A stretch of DNA of 64,000 nt, from positions 1-64,000 of the IMG/VR virus record IMGVR_UViG_3300030060_004796; one strand, written 5' to 3'. This document shows, piece by piece, positions 1 through 10,441 of the stretch (the stretch's first letter is position 1; the number at the start of each line of letters is the position of its first letter). The position numbers were made by a program, and so were the translations under genes. Origin of the DNA: a virus. The notes beneath the pieces are model-generated. The model had not been told where the DNA came from. It saw nothing but the letters and a program-made list of their open reading frames with translations, and did not search any database.

Positions 1-633
1 AGAAAAATTACTTTAAGAGTTGGAAATGATCCAATTTATTTAGATCCTACAGCTGATCCTTATGATCTTATTAAAATATATGCAATTGAAGCTGGTGGAT
101 TTTCTATTGTTGCTCCAAATTTAAGAGATGCAAAAAATACACCTGGCTGTAAATTTTATTTAGATAAACTAGAAGATACAGTAAGTACTAGAACAGAATT
201 ATCTAAACTAAGAAATAGAGCACTTGCTGCATTAACTAATATGTATGATTCAGAAAATACTAAATTATTCTATGTAGCTAAAATATGTGACATGAATAGT
301 ACTCAATATAATAAATCTACAGCTAATGATGTTATCTATGAAGTTATGGATGATTTTATTCATGCTAAAGGTCATGATAGTAATCAAAGAAGATGTGCTG
401 AAAAATTCCTAGAAGTATCAAGATTGAGTATGGAAGATTTGAAACTAAAAGCAATTATTAAAGATGCAAGTGGATATAGTATTATATCTAATAAAGCAGA
501 TGGATGGATTTATTTTGGTTCAGTGAAAATGGGTAAAACTCCAGAAGGATGTTTAGAATGGTTAAAAAATCCATTAAATGAAGAACATCAAATGGGAATG
601 TTAAGTCAAGTAGAATACTACTGGAACATGTAA
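1..633 (+). CDS. Conserved crAss-like virion-module protein (5'-truncated; position matches the gene after the major capsid protein)
   Basis: Frame 1 is open from base 1 (RKITLRVGNDPIYLDP...), so the 241 start in the ORF track is internal. The assignment rests on synteny with the downstream ring, auxiliary capsid and hub genes. Confidence 0.6.
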   Translation, partial: RKITLRVGNDPIYLDPTADPYDLIKIYAIEAGGFSIVAPNLRDAKNTPGCKFYLDKLEDTVSTRTELSKLRNRALAALTNMYDSENTKLFYVAKICDMNSTQYNKSTANDVIYEVMDDFIHAKGHDSNQRRCAEKFLEVSRLSMEDLKLKAIIKDASGYSIISNKADGWIYFGSVKMGKTPEGCLEWLKNPLNEEHQMGMLSQVEYYWNM

Positions 634-635
634 TT

Positions 636-1376
636 ATGAATAATACTACACTACAAATAAAATTTAGACAAAGACTTAATAAGCTTGCTAGTAATGACTA
701 TGATAATATAGAATGTTGGCAAATAGTTGAGGCTTTTAATAAAGCACAAATTGAGTGGTGTAGAAGACAATTACATGGAAACAATATGTATAAAGAAGGT
801 GATGAAATGTCTAAAAGACGTATTGATGATCTTCAGCTTTTAGTAACGGATGTTGGTTTGACTTTTAATACTGAGGATACTTATATTGAGTCAACCAATT
901 TTCCAACTAATTATTTAGAATATAAAAGAGTTTCTACTGAAGCATTTACTAAATGTTGTCCTGTAACAGAAACCCCTAATGATCTAAACGGTCCTTTAAC
1001 AAGAGGAAGATCAATGACAGTTTACTTATCTGAAGAAGCTAATGTAGATCTTATAATGAGAGATCCTCTTAAAAGACCTGATTTTGAATGGGGTGAAACA
1101 TACTGTACATTACAAGGTAATAGAATTAGAATATATAGAAGAGATTTTGAAATTGTAAATCCTTTACTTACATATTATAGAAAACCAAGAGACATAGAAA
1201 TAGAAGACTGTGTAGATCCTTATACATTAGTTGCATCTGCAGCAGATGTAGAATGTGAATTCAAAGATGATATAGTTGAATTATTAATTGATGAAGCATG
1301 TTCTATAATTGCAGGAGATATAAATGATGCAAATCAGTATATTAGAGGATCTGGATCAGCAGAAAAAAATAATTAA
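636..1376 (+). CDS. Tail ring / head-tail connector protein (crAss-like)
   Basis: 246 aa; the N-terminal helical pattern 'RLNKLASNDYDNIECWQIVEAFNKAQ' and 'YYRKPRDI' resemble crAss-like ring proteins; synteny fits. Confidence 0.6.
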   Translation: MNNTTLQIKFRQRLNKLASNDYDNIECWQIVEAFNKAQIEWCRRQLHGNNMYKEGDEMSKRRIDDLQLLVTDVGLTFNTEDTYIESTNFPTNYLEYKRVSTEAFTKCCPVTETPNDLNGPLTRGRSMTVYLSEEANVDLIMRDPLKRPDFEWGETYCTLQGNRIRIYRRDFEIVNPLLTYYRKPRDIEIEDCVDPYTLVASAADVECEFKDDIVELLIDEACSIIAGDINDANQYIRGSGSAEKNN

Positions 1377-1380
1377 TATA

Positions 1381-1412
1381 TTAGTTTAAACAAATAAAAA
1401 GTAGTATATTAT
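1381..1412 (+). promoter_or_regulatory. Putative late promoter TTAG-N20-TATATTAT
   Basis: Intergenic; same GTA(T/A)ATTA core and upstream element spacing as at 6006, 11625 and 28341. Confidence 0.55.
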
Positions 1413-1472
1413 TTATGTATATCAATATCAATATTAATCAGTTGGGGTAAAACCTAACACAAAACAAAAATT

Positions 1473-2912
1473 ATGGCTTATTTTAATCATGCGTTTGCTA
1501 AAGCTTTTTATGCTGCAACGCACAATCAAACAACTACAGAGACTACTGCTGACTTAGGTGGAGCAGCTGGAACTGACTTAGGAGAATTTGCAATTGCTGA
1601 TTCTGGTTATAAGATTATGAATGCTGTAGGAGTAGCTGCACATGCAGGTGGATTCTATTTAGCGCAATCATCTTTCCAGACTTCTGATACAATTGGAAAC
1701 AATCCAGGACACGGAGGATACTCTGAGTCTCACAAATCAAAAATGATCCTTAAGAAATATATCTCTGATATGTGGATTACGGATTGTGTAAATGAGGCTG
1801 CTACAGTTTATGAATTAACAGTTAAACCAACAGTAGCAACAGGTTCAGATTCACAATCATGTTTCCCATGTGGATCAGATCCTATTTTAAGAGTGGATAT
1901 TAAAGGTACTGCGGCATTAAGATTATTAAATCACAATGCTTATCAATCTTTATCAGGTTCTTTACCAATGTTTGGATCTGACTCTGTAACAGCTGCTGCT
2001 ACAGAACCAACTAATGGTGTAGATATGTGTTGCGTACCACAAGATGCAACTCACGTTGGTATTGCTCCATCTATTGTTGCTCTTAACTGGGTAGATCAAT
2101 TTAACAACGATCCTATTTTAAGTAAATTAGGAGTTGCTAAATTACAGAATAATAGAACTGGTGCAGCAACTACTTGGGATAATACAACTGCTGCAAACTT
2201 AACTGCAATTTATGCAGGTGGTGCAAGAGGTGTAACATCTGCTGGTGGTGCTGGTGCACAAACATTTACAGCTATTGCTTCAGGTGCTACAGGTTACTTT
2301 AGTGCTAATCAGTTTAAAGTTGTTATTTCTCTTTACACTAGTTGTGAACTACAAACTCAATTTTCTTCTTGTTCATTTGATACAAGAGACTTCTACTTAA
2401 TGGGAGGTCTTAAAGTATCTGCTGATTTACAAGATGAGGTAGGTCAACCATGTGTTGCTTGCCAAGGATATGTAGTAGGAGAAGAAGCAACTACATTTAA
2501 GCAACGTAGAACATCTTCTGATACAGCAATCAATGATATTCTTTTAACTGAAAACTACAGACAATCTCCTTATAACCAAGGAAACAGAGACTCTAGTAGA
2601 TTTAGAGAGCAAGAAGGAATGTCAGGAATTATTGGTGAATTAGGTAGAGATGCTACTACAAGTTCTTGTAATGGTGCGTTTAGAGTTTATCACTTATTGC
2701 ACAATGTGCCTAGATTTAACAATCCTTCTGGAGTGTTTGATAATGATCAATATCACTACAAAGTATATGTTAAATGTGCTAGTTCATCAGTAATTGCATC
2801 TTTGGATACTGATTGGTTAGCAATTGCAATTGATGCAGGAATACACAAACTTGATGGTTCAGGTATTGTTACATCAGCTGCAGATCTAGTTGACAAAGGT
2901 GGTGACTACTAA
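1473..2912 (+). CDS. Virion structural protein, probably auxiliary capsid protein
   Basis: 479 aa, Ala/Gly/Thr-rich and beta-rich; has its own promoter and a strong terminator (as expected for a high-copy product); position matches the crAss-like auxiliary capsid gene. Confidence 0.5.
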   Translation: MAYFNHAFAKAFYAATHNQTTTETTADLGGAAGTDLGEFAIADSGYKIMNAVGVAAHAGGFYLAQSSFQTSDTIGNNPGHGGYSESHKSKMILKKYISDMWITDCVNEAATVYELTVKPTVATGSDSQSCFPCGSDPILRVDIKGTAALRLLNHNAYQSLSGSLPMFGSDSVTAAATEPTNGVDMCCVPQDATHVGIAPSIVALNWVDQFNNDPILSKLGVAKLQNNRTGAATTWDNTTAANLTAIYAGGARGVTSAGGAGAQTFTAIASGATGYFSANQFKVVISLYTSCELQTQFSSCSFDTRDFYLMGGLKVSADLQDEVGQPCVACQGYVVGEEATTFKQRRTSSDTAINDILLTENYRQSPYNQGNRDSSRFREQEGMSGIIGELGRDATTSSCNGAFRVYHLLHNVPRFNNPSGVFDNDQYHYKVYVKCASSSVIASLDTDWLAIAIDAGIHKLDGSGIVTSAADLVDKGGDY

Positions 2913-2941
2913 TAGTTAACACTCTATATACATAGATTAAG

Positions 2942-2970
2942 AAGGGGGCAGAAAAATCTGCTCCCTTTTT
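2942..2970 (+). terminator. Intrinsic terminator
   Basis: 11-bp stem aagggggcaga / tctgctccctt (one G-U pair), aaaa loop, followed by a T-run. Confidence 0.85.
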
Positions 2971-2994
2971 ATTTCTTTTAATCAAGTAAATTTT

Positions 2995-3003
2995 GTATAT
3001 TAT
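2995..3003 (+). promoter_or_regulatory. Putative late promoter core GTATATTAT
   Basis: Same core as other intergenic copies; lies just after the terminator and about 35 nt before the 3038 ATG. Confidence 0.5.
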
Positions 3004-3037
3004 TAGTGAATAGTATACTTATTTAAACATATAGCAT

Positions 3038-3586
3038 ATGGCTTCCAAACACATTTTAAGCTTAGATGTCATTGAAACTGCAAATTGCTCAGTATTAAAT
3101 GTTGTTGATACAAGCGTTTATTCTGATCAATTGCCAGTCACATGTCCAGAGCTGCTTATTACTCCTCCAGGTTTTAATGCTCCTGTATTAATAGAAGTAC
3201 AGGAAGGTTTTAATTTACCATTAAACACATGTTCATTAGGAATTCAAACTACTAGTTGTAATACCTCAATAAACACATTACCTGATGGAATATATATCAT
3301 AAAATATCAGGTGGCTCCTTCTGATAAAGTATACGTAGAATATAATCATCTAAGAACCACAGAACTACTAAGCACATACTATCAAAAACTATGTGACCTA
3401 GATGTACAACCATGTGAACCTTCTTCTACTAGAAAAGATCTATTAGCAGAAATGTATTATATAAGAACATTAATTGATGCAGCTAAAGCAAAAGTAGAGT
3501 ATTGTCAAAGTCCAAATGAAGGAATGGAACTTTATAATTTTGCAAAAAAGAAATTGAAGAAAATAACATGTGATATATGTTGTTAA
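3038..3586 (+). CDS. Cys-rich structural protein, possible tail hub/collar protein
   Basis: 182 aa with an Ig-like N-terminal part ('LPDGIYIIKYQV') and a helical C-terminus ending CDICC; synteny with crAss-like hub genes. Confidence 0.45.
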   Translation: MASKHILSLDVIETANCSVLNVVDTSVYSDQLPVTCPELLITPPGFNAPVLIEVQEGFNLPLNTCSLGIQTTSCNTSINTLPDGIYIIKYQVAPSDKVYVEYNHLRTTELLSTYYQKLCDLDVQPCEPSSTRKDLLAEMYYIRTLIDAAKAKVEYCQSPNEGMELYNFAKKKLKKITCDICC

Positions 3587-3597
3587 GATCTTAAGTT

Positions 3598-5976
3598 ATG
3601 GCTAAGAAAAAAACACATGAAGAGCAGGTAAAGCAAATTAATGTAAAACAATTATTTGCTGATAAGGTGTATAAAAAAATGAGGGCTGATAGATATGGTC
3701 TTACATTTTGCTGCCCAAATGACTTAGAAAAAATAAACATTAAGAATTATACTTGTAATTGGCAAGATCTTAAAGTAATTCAATATGATGAATCATTTAC
3801 ACAAACAATGATTCAAGATCCAGGTATTCAATTATGTGCACCTCCTTCAGTTTTAAATCCACAAACAGGTTTATGTGAATCATCAGTAACTGCAACTACA
3901 GTTGGTACAAACACATATTCACAAGCAAATGCTGAACCAAACGGAACACCTACTCCAGTAACTGCTGAAAATGTATGGAGATTTGGTAAAGAATGTCCTA
4001 TTATATTTTCAATGCCAACAGCTACAGATGGTTCAGGTTCTAATCCAGAGTTTATTGGAAATAGTTCAGCTGAATTAGGAGGTGGAAGTTGGTGGATAAC
4101 ATATGATGCTAGAGACGGTAGTTCAACTGGTGGAGTTAATGGTCCTCAACATAATCCATTATATCATCAAGGTGTAACAGAAACTAGTTTAATAAATGCT
4201 TTAGCTAAAGCACCACCAACAGGGTGGCCAGGTAATACAACATTAGAATTTGCTGTTCCTATTACTGTACCTGTAACAAAAAATTATTATGTATTATTAG
4301 CTGCAGACAACCACTATGGTATGTCACTTGATGGTACACCTATAATTACATCATCTGATGCTGTTACAGCAAAAAATATGACATGTTTAGCTTCAGGGCT
4401 TGGTTCTAATTGTAATGTAGTTAATTTACCTTCTAATTGTAATAAACAATATACAGGAGGCGGATACCCAAATAATTATGGATATATAAGAGCTTGGTTA
4501 TATGAAATTAGAATAACAGCTGGCTGTCATAACCTTGTACTAAAAGGAATTAATGATGGTGCTAACGGTATGTTTGCTTTTATGGTGTTAGATAATACAA
4601 GAGCAGAAATTATAGCCTCTACTTCAAGAGATGATTTAACTGAAATTGCTTCATCTGATCAAGTTAATAATTTCTATAGTAATATAAGTGCAACTATTCC
4701 ATGGTCATGTACACCGCCTGCAGTATTATATACTGGTGCACCATATTCAGCAAGTTGTCCAGGATGTCAAACACAAACCTCTACTACAACATATGAATGT
4801 CCTCCAGGATTTACACTTAATACTAATACAAATTTATGTGAAGGTGTTGTTGAAGGTTGTGATACAGAAACATTAATGATACTTGTTGTAAATCAAAATG
4901 GAGATCCAATGCCAAATTATGACATTGTATTTGATGGAGGTAATTATACAACAAATGATTTAGGTGAATTAGTAATTGTAGTTGAAAACGCTTCTGTAAA
5001 TACTACACATACATTTAATATTTCATGTATATGTATAACTACAAGTGGAGGATGTGCTATTCAACAAATTGATATTGTTGTTACAGATCCTGATATTGAA
5101 ACATGTGAATATCCTGATTTACCTTGTGAGTGTGTTGCACCATCATTTTTATCAGAAATATTTAAATCTCCAAATATGACGGTATCATTTACAGATGCAA
5201 ATTTTGCAGCTGGAAATACTGTTACAGCAACATCATATACTTTAGCTTGGAGACTTAAAGGAACAACTACTTGGGGTCCATGGAATGAAATTACAGGATT
5301 AACAATGGATCCATTAACAGGAGTAATATCATATAACTTCTTAGCTTTAGATCCAGGATTTTATGAATATAAAATAAAAAGTATTTGTGATGATTCAGAA
5401 TCAGCTTGGTCAGCACTAAATCCATTTATAATACCAGAAAGACCTGTAGATGTAACAGGATGTATAGATGAAAAAGCTGATAATTATAATCCTTTAGCAA
5501 CTACAGCTTGTGATAATTGTTGTACTTATACTGTTTATGGTTGTACAGATCCAACAGCTATAAATTATTATGGAACTGTTCCATCAAATACTACCTTAAT
5601 TGATAATGGTTCTTGTTATTATAATTGTTTAGCGTGTACTGCAATGGGTGCTATTACTACAGTTCCTGGATGTTGTGATTCAGCAGCTTCTAATTATAAT
5701 CCTGCTGCAACATGTGACGATGGTTCTTGTATCCCTATTTTCTATGGATGTATAGATCCAAGTGCGGCTAATTATACTTCAAACCCTAATGTTATACATG
5801 ATGGAAGTTGTGTATGGATTGGATGTACAGATCCTAATTATCAATGGTGTTCTGAGTATATAGGACCTGCAGGACCAGCACCATCACCAACAGGGTTTAT
5901 AGATCCAATAACAGGACAGGTATTAATGGGTACTAATATAGATAATGGAGCATGTAGTAATTGTTATCAATCCTAA
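3598..5976 (+). CDS. Modular tail hub/fibre adhesin: short anchor, PA14-like jelly roll, Ig/FN3 domains, GCTD repeats
   Basis: PA14-like 'YYVLLAADNHYGMSLDG...ITAGCHNLVL'; FN3-like 'YTLAWRLKGTTTW...YEYKIKSIC...SAWS'; five GCxDxxAxNY...DGSC repeats. Confidence 0.6.
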   Translation: MAKKKTHEEQVKQINVKQLFADKVYKKMRADRYGLTFCCPNDLEKINIKNYTCNWQDLKVIQYDESFTQTMIQDPGIQLCAPPSVLNPQTGLCESSVTATTVGTNTYSQANAEPNGTPTPVTAENVWRFGKECPIIFSMPTATDGSGSNPEFIGNSSAELGGGSWWITYDARDGSSTGGVNGPQHNPLYHQGVTETSLINALAKAPPTGWPGNTTLEFAVPITVPVTKNYYVLLAADNHYGMSLDGTPIITSSDAVTAKNMTCLASGLGSNCNVVNLPSNCNKQYTGGGYPNNYGYIRAWLYEIRITAGCHNLVLKGINDGANGMFAFMVLDNTRAEIIASTSRDDLTEIASSDQVNNFYSNISATIPWSCTPPAVLYTGAPYSASCPGCQTQTSTTTYECPPGFTLNTNTNLCEGVVEGCDTETLMILVVNQNGDPMPNYDIVFDGGNYTTNDLGELVIVVENASVNTTHTFNISCICITTSGGCAIQQIDIVVTDPDIETCEYPDLPCECVAPSFLSEIFKSPNMTVSFTDANFAAGNTVTATSYTLAWRLKGTTTWGPWNEITGLTMDPLTGVISYNFLALDPGFYEYKIKSICDDSESAWSALNPFIIPERPVDVTGCIDEKADNYNPLATTACDNCCTYTVYGCTDPTAINYYGTVPSNTTLIDNGSCYYNCLACTAMGAITTVPGCCDSAASNYNPAATCDDGSCIPIFYGCIDPSAANYTSNPNVIHDGSCVWIGCTDPNYQWCSEYIGPAGPAPSPTGFIDPITGQVLMGTNIDNGACSNCYQS
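5458..5964 (+). repeat. Five Cys-rich GC(T/I/C)DxxAxNY...D(D/N)GSC protein repeats
   Basis: GCIDEKADNYNP, GCTDPTAINY, GCCDSAASNYNP, GCIDPSAANY and GCTDPNY are visible in the translation. Confidence 0.85.
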
Positions 5977-6005
5977 TAATATTAAATGAGAAACAAAATG
6001 AATAA

Positions 6006-6041
6006 CTTGGTTGTATCATAAAAAATCTGTATATTATAATG
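6006..6041 (+). promoter_or_regulatory. Putative late promoter CTTG-N20-TATATTATAATG
   Basis: Near-identical in architecture to 11625-11660 (aacttg...gtaWattataatgtat). Confidence 0.6.
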
Positions 6042-6080
6042 TATACATGTATTTAATACAACTACAAAGAAAAAATATTT

Positions 6081-9000
6081 ATGATTCCTAATAAATCAAA
6101 TACAACAAACGGATGTGATAATACATCTTCAAATTGTGTAATTTGGCAAGGTCCAGATCTTCCGTGTGTTAATGTCTGTAATGGTGATACCATTAGTGAC
6201 ATACTTGCAAAAATGTGTGAAGTATTAATTAATACTACAAGCACAAGTACAGGTGTAGATATTTCAACTATTAATCAATTATGTTTAGAAGAAACATACG
6301 GTGTTGCAAATAATGTACAAGGATTAATTCAAAACATAATTACTGAAGTATGTACAATAAATAACCATCCGGGTACTGATCCTTGTTCTTGTGTTATACC
6401 TTTACCTCCTTGTTTGCAGTATAGAGATGAACAAGGTAATTTTATATCAACTCTTCCATTACATGATCCTAATACAGGAACTGGATATGCAGTAATGTTA
6501 GCAAATAATATTTGTGCTAATATAGCTGCAATTGACCAACTTCAAAATGCTTCAACAGGTCATGAGGGTAGAATTGTTGCATTAGAAAAGCGTCCAGCAG
6601 GAGAAAGATATATAGCACCAAAAGTAGTTCCAAGTTTTGTTGGAAAAGTTGGTGTACCATCATCATTAGAAAATGTATTAAGATTAACAGAAGAATCAGT
6701 TGGAGAATTACAAAGAGCAACAGGATCACCAACAGCAATAAGTAATGCATTAAATGTTGCACCAAACCTTAACGGTAGAGATAGATTAAGCGGTAAAGGT
6801 ACAATGTCAGCAATAGCTCAATGGAATAATAATGCTATAAACATGGCACAATCATTCCAAAACTTGTGGATCACAATGAATGACACAAGAAATGCTGTTC
6901 AAAGTATAAAAGAAACTGTGGCAAATCCATTATGTGGAGATGTAACTTTTGATGTAAAAGGACATATAAATAGAAATGCAGAAGGTGCTTTTGTAGCTAT
7001 CAGTTTAGATTTTACAGATACATCTATTCCAACTGATTATACAAGTTGTGATAGCAGAGGAACTAAAGTAACAATTACTGATTCATCTTTAAACTCAATA
7101 GTAAAATATGTAGATGTAGTACAATTTTATCAAAACAATGGTGTATTTGGATTAGCTACTGGTGAAATGGGTAATTTAGATTTAGGAAGTAATTATTCAG
7201 TTAAAGTAGAATTCTGTGTATCAAATGGAGAAAATCAATGTTCTGAAATTTATCCTTTTACAATAGATAATGAATTACAATGTCCTAACTTAGATATAGG
7301 AACTGTAACAGCAGATACAATACCTTTTTCTATTAGTGGTGTAAGAATACCATCAGGTAAAGGTCATACATTATCTGTTGTTTTAAAAAGTAGTGCTGGT
7401 TCTGTAATAGATTCAAGATCATTTTCTACTTTTAGTTCAGGAGTAAGTGGAAACTTTACTAATCTTGTAGGATCTACATCATATCAAATAACAGTGGAAA
7501 TACAAAGAAGTGGTAGTTCAACCCCAATTGTATGTGCAACATCTACTGTTTCAACAACAGCTCCAGCATGTGCACATGAACATAAAATACCAGCAACAAC
7601 TGGTTGGTTTACATCAACAACGGCTGAAACAAATTTACAACAAGGTGCAAATACAATTGAAATTGCATCATATAATGATGGTGTAACTCAGACTAAATGG
7701 AAAGTAGGTTTTGATACAACTAATACCCCAATTGTTACACAACAAAGTGGATATACGGATGTATCAGGATGGAATCATGCAGGAAGTTTTTTAGCTAATG
7801 AATACTCTACTGCAGCATTAGTAATAGGAGGTCTTGCAACATCTCCTTTAGTGCCAAGCGGAATTACTAGAGCTGATAAAGAAAGTGGATGGAAATATAT
7901 GGGAAGTTTAATGTCTCCAAATAGTACACTATTATATATTTATGCAAGTATTGACACATCAAGTCATACAGTTAATGATGTAATATTTGCATGTAATTGT
8001 ACGGGACTATATATAGATACTCCACAACCAGTATTTTATACTAAAATTGGAGGAAGTGTTGTAACAGAAATTGATGCTATAGGATATACTGAAGGTGATG
8101 AAGGTTACACATGGTCAATAACTTCACAACCTTCTCATGGTACAGTAAGTAGTGTGGGTGGGTATCCAACAAAAAGTAAAACAAAATACTTGTATGGTCA
8201 AAATGGAGACAATATGATTTCTGATTCATTTACTGTTTCATTAACTAATCAGTGTGGACAAGTTGTATCAAATAAAATTGTATCAATATTACCAGCAAAA
8301 CCAATTAGATATACAACTTCAGAAATTGTAGTATTCTTTGATACTACAACAATGACGACAACTAGAGCTAATACTATTAAAGCATCATTTCTTGATACTA
8401 TAAATCAAATGAGTTCTAGCTCACCAACACCTAATATATATTTTATTGCTGTTCAAGGAACAAATGCTGGAGATTATTTAAAACATCCAAAAGGATTAGT
8501 TGAAAGAATTAATGGAAATACAGAATATAGTGCAGGTAATAAATCAATAGATATACCAACCGTTGGAGCTTGGTATACAGATGTTATGGCAAGTGGTGCT
8601 ACATTACCAGCTTGGTTCACAGGATCAACTAATGTGTTCCCACCAGATATTAAAATAATATCTTTTGTTAATAAAATGAGTTCTACATCAGGAGCATATA
8701 CAAGTGCTACAACGGTTCCAGTTGTACCGTCTTGGGCTGGATTTGGACCTACAACTTCTAACTGGGCTAATCCACATTTATATTCAGAAGATTATGCTTG
8801 TATTTCTGACATGTTACCTTCAAGTATTCCAACAACAGGTAATAGACAACCTTGGACTGTACTTGTACAAGCTATATCAGCTATCCCTTGGACTACTGGT
8901 AGTATTCCATTTACGTTTGACCAGGTTGTTATACCTATAATTCAAGATTCAGCAGGAACATCAGCTGTAGCGGCATTACAACAAGCAACGGCTATTAATG

Positions 9001-9686
9001 GAGAAGATTTATTAACTCCACAAGAACTTGGAGGTCAAAAATTTGGATTAAGAGAATATGGATTTGATGGAGCTTCAGGTATAAATATTAATGAGTATTT
9101 AAATTCTGCAGCAACAGGTACACCATTACCATATAGTGGAACTACATCATCTTCAGGAGGAGGTATTGCATTAACAATTCAAGGATTAAAAGATCTTACT
9201 AGTAGTAGTATAATATCTCATAATTACTTTGAAAATAATGATGACTTTAATACTACAACTAATACTAAAATATTAGGATTTATAAGAGGAATGTTTGGAA
9301 TGGATCAAGATGGAAGTGGTCAACCTACAAATAAAGGATTTGGATATATAGGAGGAAAGGGAACTTTATTTGGAATTAGTGATGTAGCAGGTGCACCAGG
9401 TCGTGCTGCTGCATGTGTTAATGCCAACCCTGGAGTGGTTAGCATATATACATCTGCTGGAGTTGATACTTCAGGTGGTTCTGCAGATTGTTTTAGTTCT
9501 ATTGCAGAAAGTAGAGCATATCTTTCTCCAACAGCAGCAGCAAATAATATAGCAGGTATTGAGGAACTTACTAATGATAGATGGTACGCTATTAATCCTG
9601 GAACAGGAAGTGTAAGTTATATTGCTCAATATAAAACAACAGCAGTAGTAGGTAAACATTGGACAGGTATAACGCAATGTACATAA
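6081..9686 (+). CDS. Tail fibre/spike-like protein with Cys-rich N-terminus, Ig/FN3 domains and a degenerate vWA-like domain
   Basis: 1201 aa; N-terminal 'CDNTSSNCVIWQGPDLPC'; FN3-like 'FTNLVGSTSYQITVE'; Big/cadherin-like 'SQPSHGTVS'; 'EIVVFFDTTTM' beta-strand. Confidence 0.55.
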   Translation: MIPNKSNTTNGCDNTSSNCVIWQGPDLPCVNVCNGDTISDILAKMCEVLINTTSTSTGVDISTINQLCLEETYGVANNVQGLIQNIITEVCTINNHPGTDPCSCVIPLPPCLQYRDEQGNFISTLPLHDPNTGTGYAVMLANNICANIAAIDQLQNASTGHEGRIVALEKRPAGERYIAPKVVPSFVGKVGVPSSLENVLRLTEESVGELQRATGSPTAISNALNVAPNLNGRDRLSGKGTMSAIAQWNNNAINMAQSFQNLWITMNDTRNAVQSIKETVANPLCGDVTFDVKGHINRNAEGAFVAISLDFTDTSIPTDYTSCDSRGTKVTITDSSLNSIVKYVDVVQFYQNNGVFGLATGEMGNLDLGSNYSVKVEFCVSNGENQCSEIYPFTIDNELQCPNLDIGTVTADTIPFSISGVRIPSGKGHTLSVVLKSSAGSVIDSRSFSTFSSGVSGNFTNLVGSTSYQITVEIQRSGSSTPIVCATSTVSTTAPACAHEHKIPATTGWFTSTTAETNLQQGANTIEIASYNDGVTQTKWKVGFDTTNTPIVTQQSGYTDVSGWNHAGSFLANEYSTAALVIGGLATSPLVPSGITRADKESGWKYMGSLMSPNSTLLYIYASIDTSSHTVNDVIFACNCTGLYIDTPQPVFYTKIGGSVVTEIDAIGYTEGDEGYTWSITSQPSHGTVSSVGGYPTKSKTKYLYGQNGDNMISDSFTVSLTNQCGQVVSNKIVSILPAKPIRYTTSEIVVFFDTTTMTTTRANTIKASFLDTINQMSSSSPTPNIYFIAVQGTNAGDYLKHPKGLVERINGNTEYSAGNKSIDIPTVGAWYTDVMASGATLPAWFTGSTNVFPPDIKIISFVNKMSSTSGAYTSATTVPVVPSWAGFGPTTSNWANPHLYSEDYACISDMLPSSIPTTGNRQPWTVLVQAISAIPWTTGSIPFTFDQVVIPIIQDSAGTSAVAALQQATAINGEDLLTPQELGGQKFGLREYGFDGASGININEYLNSAATGTPLPYSGTTSSSGGGIALTIQGLKDLTSSSIISHNYFENNDDFNTTTNTKILGFIRGMFGMDQDGSGQPTNKGFGYIGGKGTLFGISDVAGAPGRAAACVNANPGVVSIYTSAGVDTSGGSADCFSSIAESRAYLSPTAAANNIAGIEELTNDRWYAINPGTGSVSYIAQYKTTAVVGKHWTGITQCT

Positions 9687-9705
9687 TAATTAAAAAATAA
9701 AAAAA

Positions 9706-10311
9706 ATGGCTTGTAATAGATGTGGACATACAAAATCATCACCATGTGCCTGTCAAGATCATGGTTTAACTACACCTTGTTCTTATACAAATTGTGAGAC
9801 ACCAGCATGTGAAGAAGTAATATGTTCTGAATGTATTATAGAATGTAATACTATACAAAATAGATCTACAGGTTCTGTAACATGGGAAGCTGAAAGATCA
9901 GCAGGTATAACATCAACACCTGGAATAGCTGTAAGACAAGCAGCAAGTAGTGTTGAATTATTACAAAGATTAGCTTTAGCAACAACTGATCCAGCAGGAG
10001 GAGATGCAATGGCTGTTGCAATTGCACCATTTTCTGTAAATAGTGTTTTAACAACATCTGTTGATATTGCATGGTCTAATGTTCCAACAGCAGTAACTTC
10101 TGTTAGTATATATAAAGCACCAGCTGCTTCATCTACATGGTCTTTAGTTAAGACTATAAATACTAATGTAAAAACAACTTTAAAGGACACAATTACAGGA
10201 TTAACAACAGGGACAGCATATAAATTTAAATTAGTATCAACAGCACCAGGTGGTGAGGGAAGAGCTAATATAAATGCTAATTCAGTTGCATTATATGTAA
10301 CAACTAAATAA
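9706..10311 (+). CDS. Small virion protein with Cys-rich N-terminus and C-terminal FN3 domain
   Basis: MACNRCG...CACQD...C repeats; FN3 signature 'VDIAWSN...SIYK...W...ITGLTTGTAYKFKL'. Confidence 0.65.
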   Translation: MACNRCGHTKSSPCACQDHGLTTPCSYTNCETPACEEVICSECIIECNTIQNRSTGSVTWEAERSAGITSTPGIAVRQAASSVELLQRLALATTDPAGGDAMAVAIAPFSVNSVLTTSVDIAWSNVPTAVTSVSIYKAPAASSTWSLVKTINTNVKTTLKDTITGLTTGTAYKFKLVSTAPGGEGRANINANSVALYVTTK

Positions 10312-10359
10312 TATAACAAAAGTGGAGACAGTTTGTTGGTTTTAACTCTGCAATTGTTG

Positions 10360-10392
10360 GAAGCCCCAGAGAAATCTGGGGTTTCTGTTTTA
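10360..10392 (+). terminator. Intrinsic terminator with GAAA tetraloop
   Basis: Stem gaagccccaga / tctggggtttc, loop gaaa, followed by tgtttt. Confidence 0.85.
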
Positions 10393-10407
10393 TATAGCAA
10401 TTTTTTT

Positions 10408-10416
10408 GTATCTTGC
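10408..10416 (+). promoter_or_regulatory. Possible Bacteroidota-type -7 promoter element (GTATCTTGC)
   Basis: Resembles TAnnTTTG; lies between the terminator and the 10442 ATG. Confidence 0.4.
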
Positions 10417-10441
10417 CAGCAATTTTAATTAAAAATAACTT

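Noticed and set aside
241-633. 130-aa complete gene
   Set aside because: The frame is open to base 1, so it is the C-terminal part of a longer gene.
1441-1458. Small hairpin gttggggtaaaacctaac in a 5' UTR
   Set aside because: Only about 6 bp with a wobble pair; too weak to call.
9783-10400. 205-aa minus-strand ORF
   Set aside because: Antisense shadow of the FN3 gene with no recognisable motifs.
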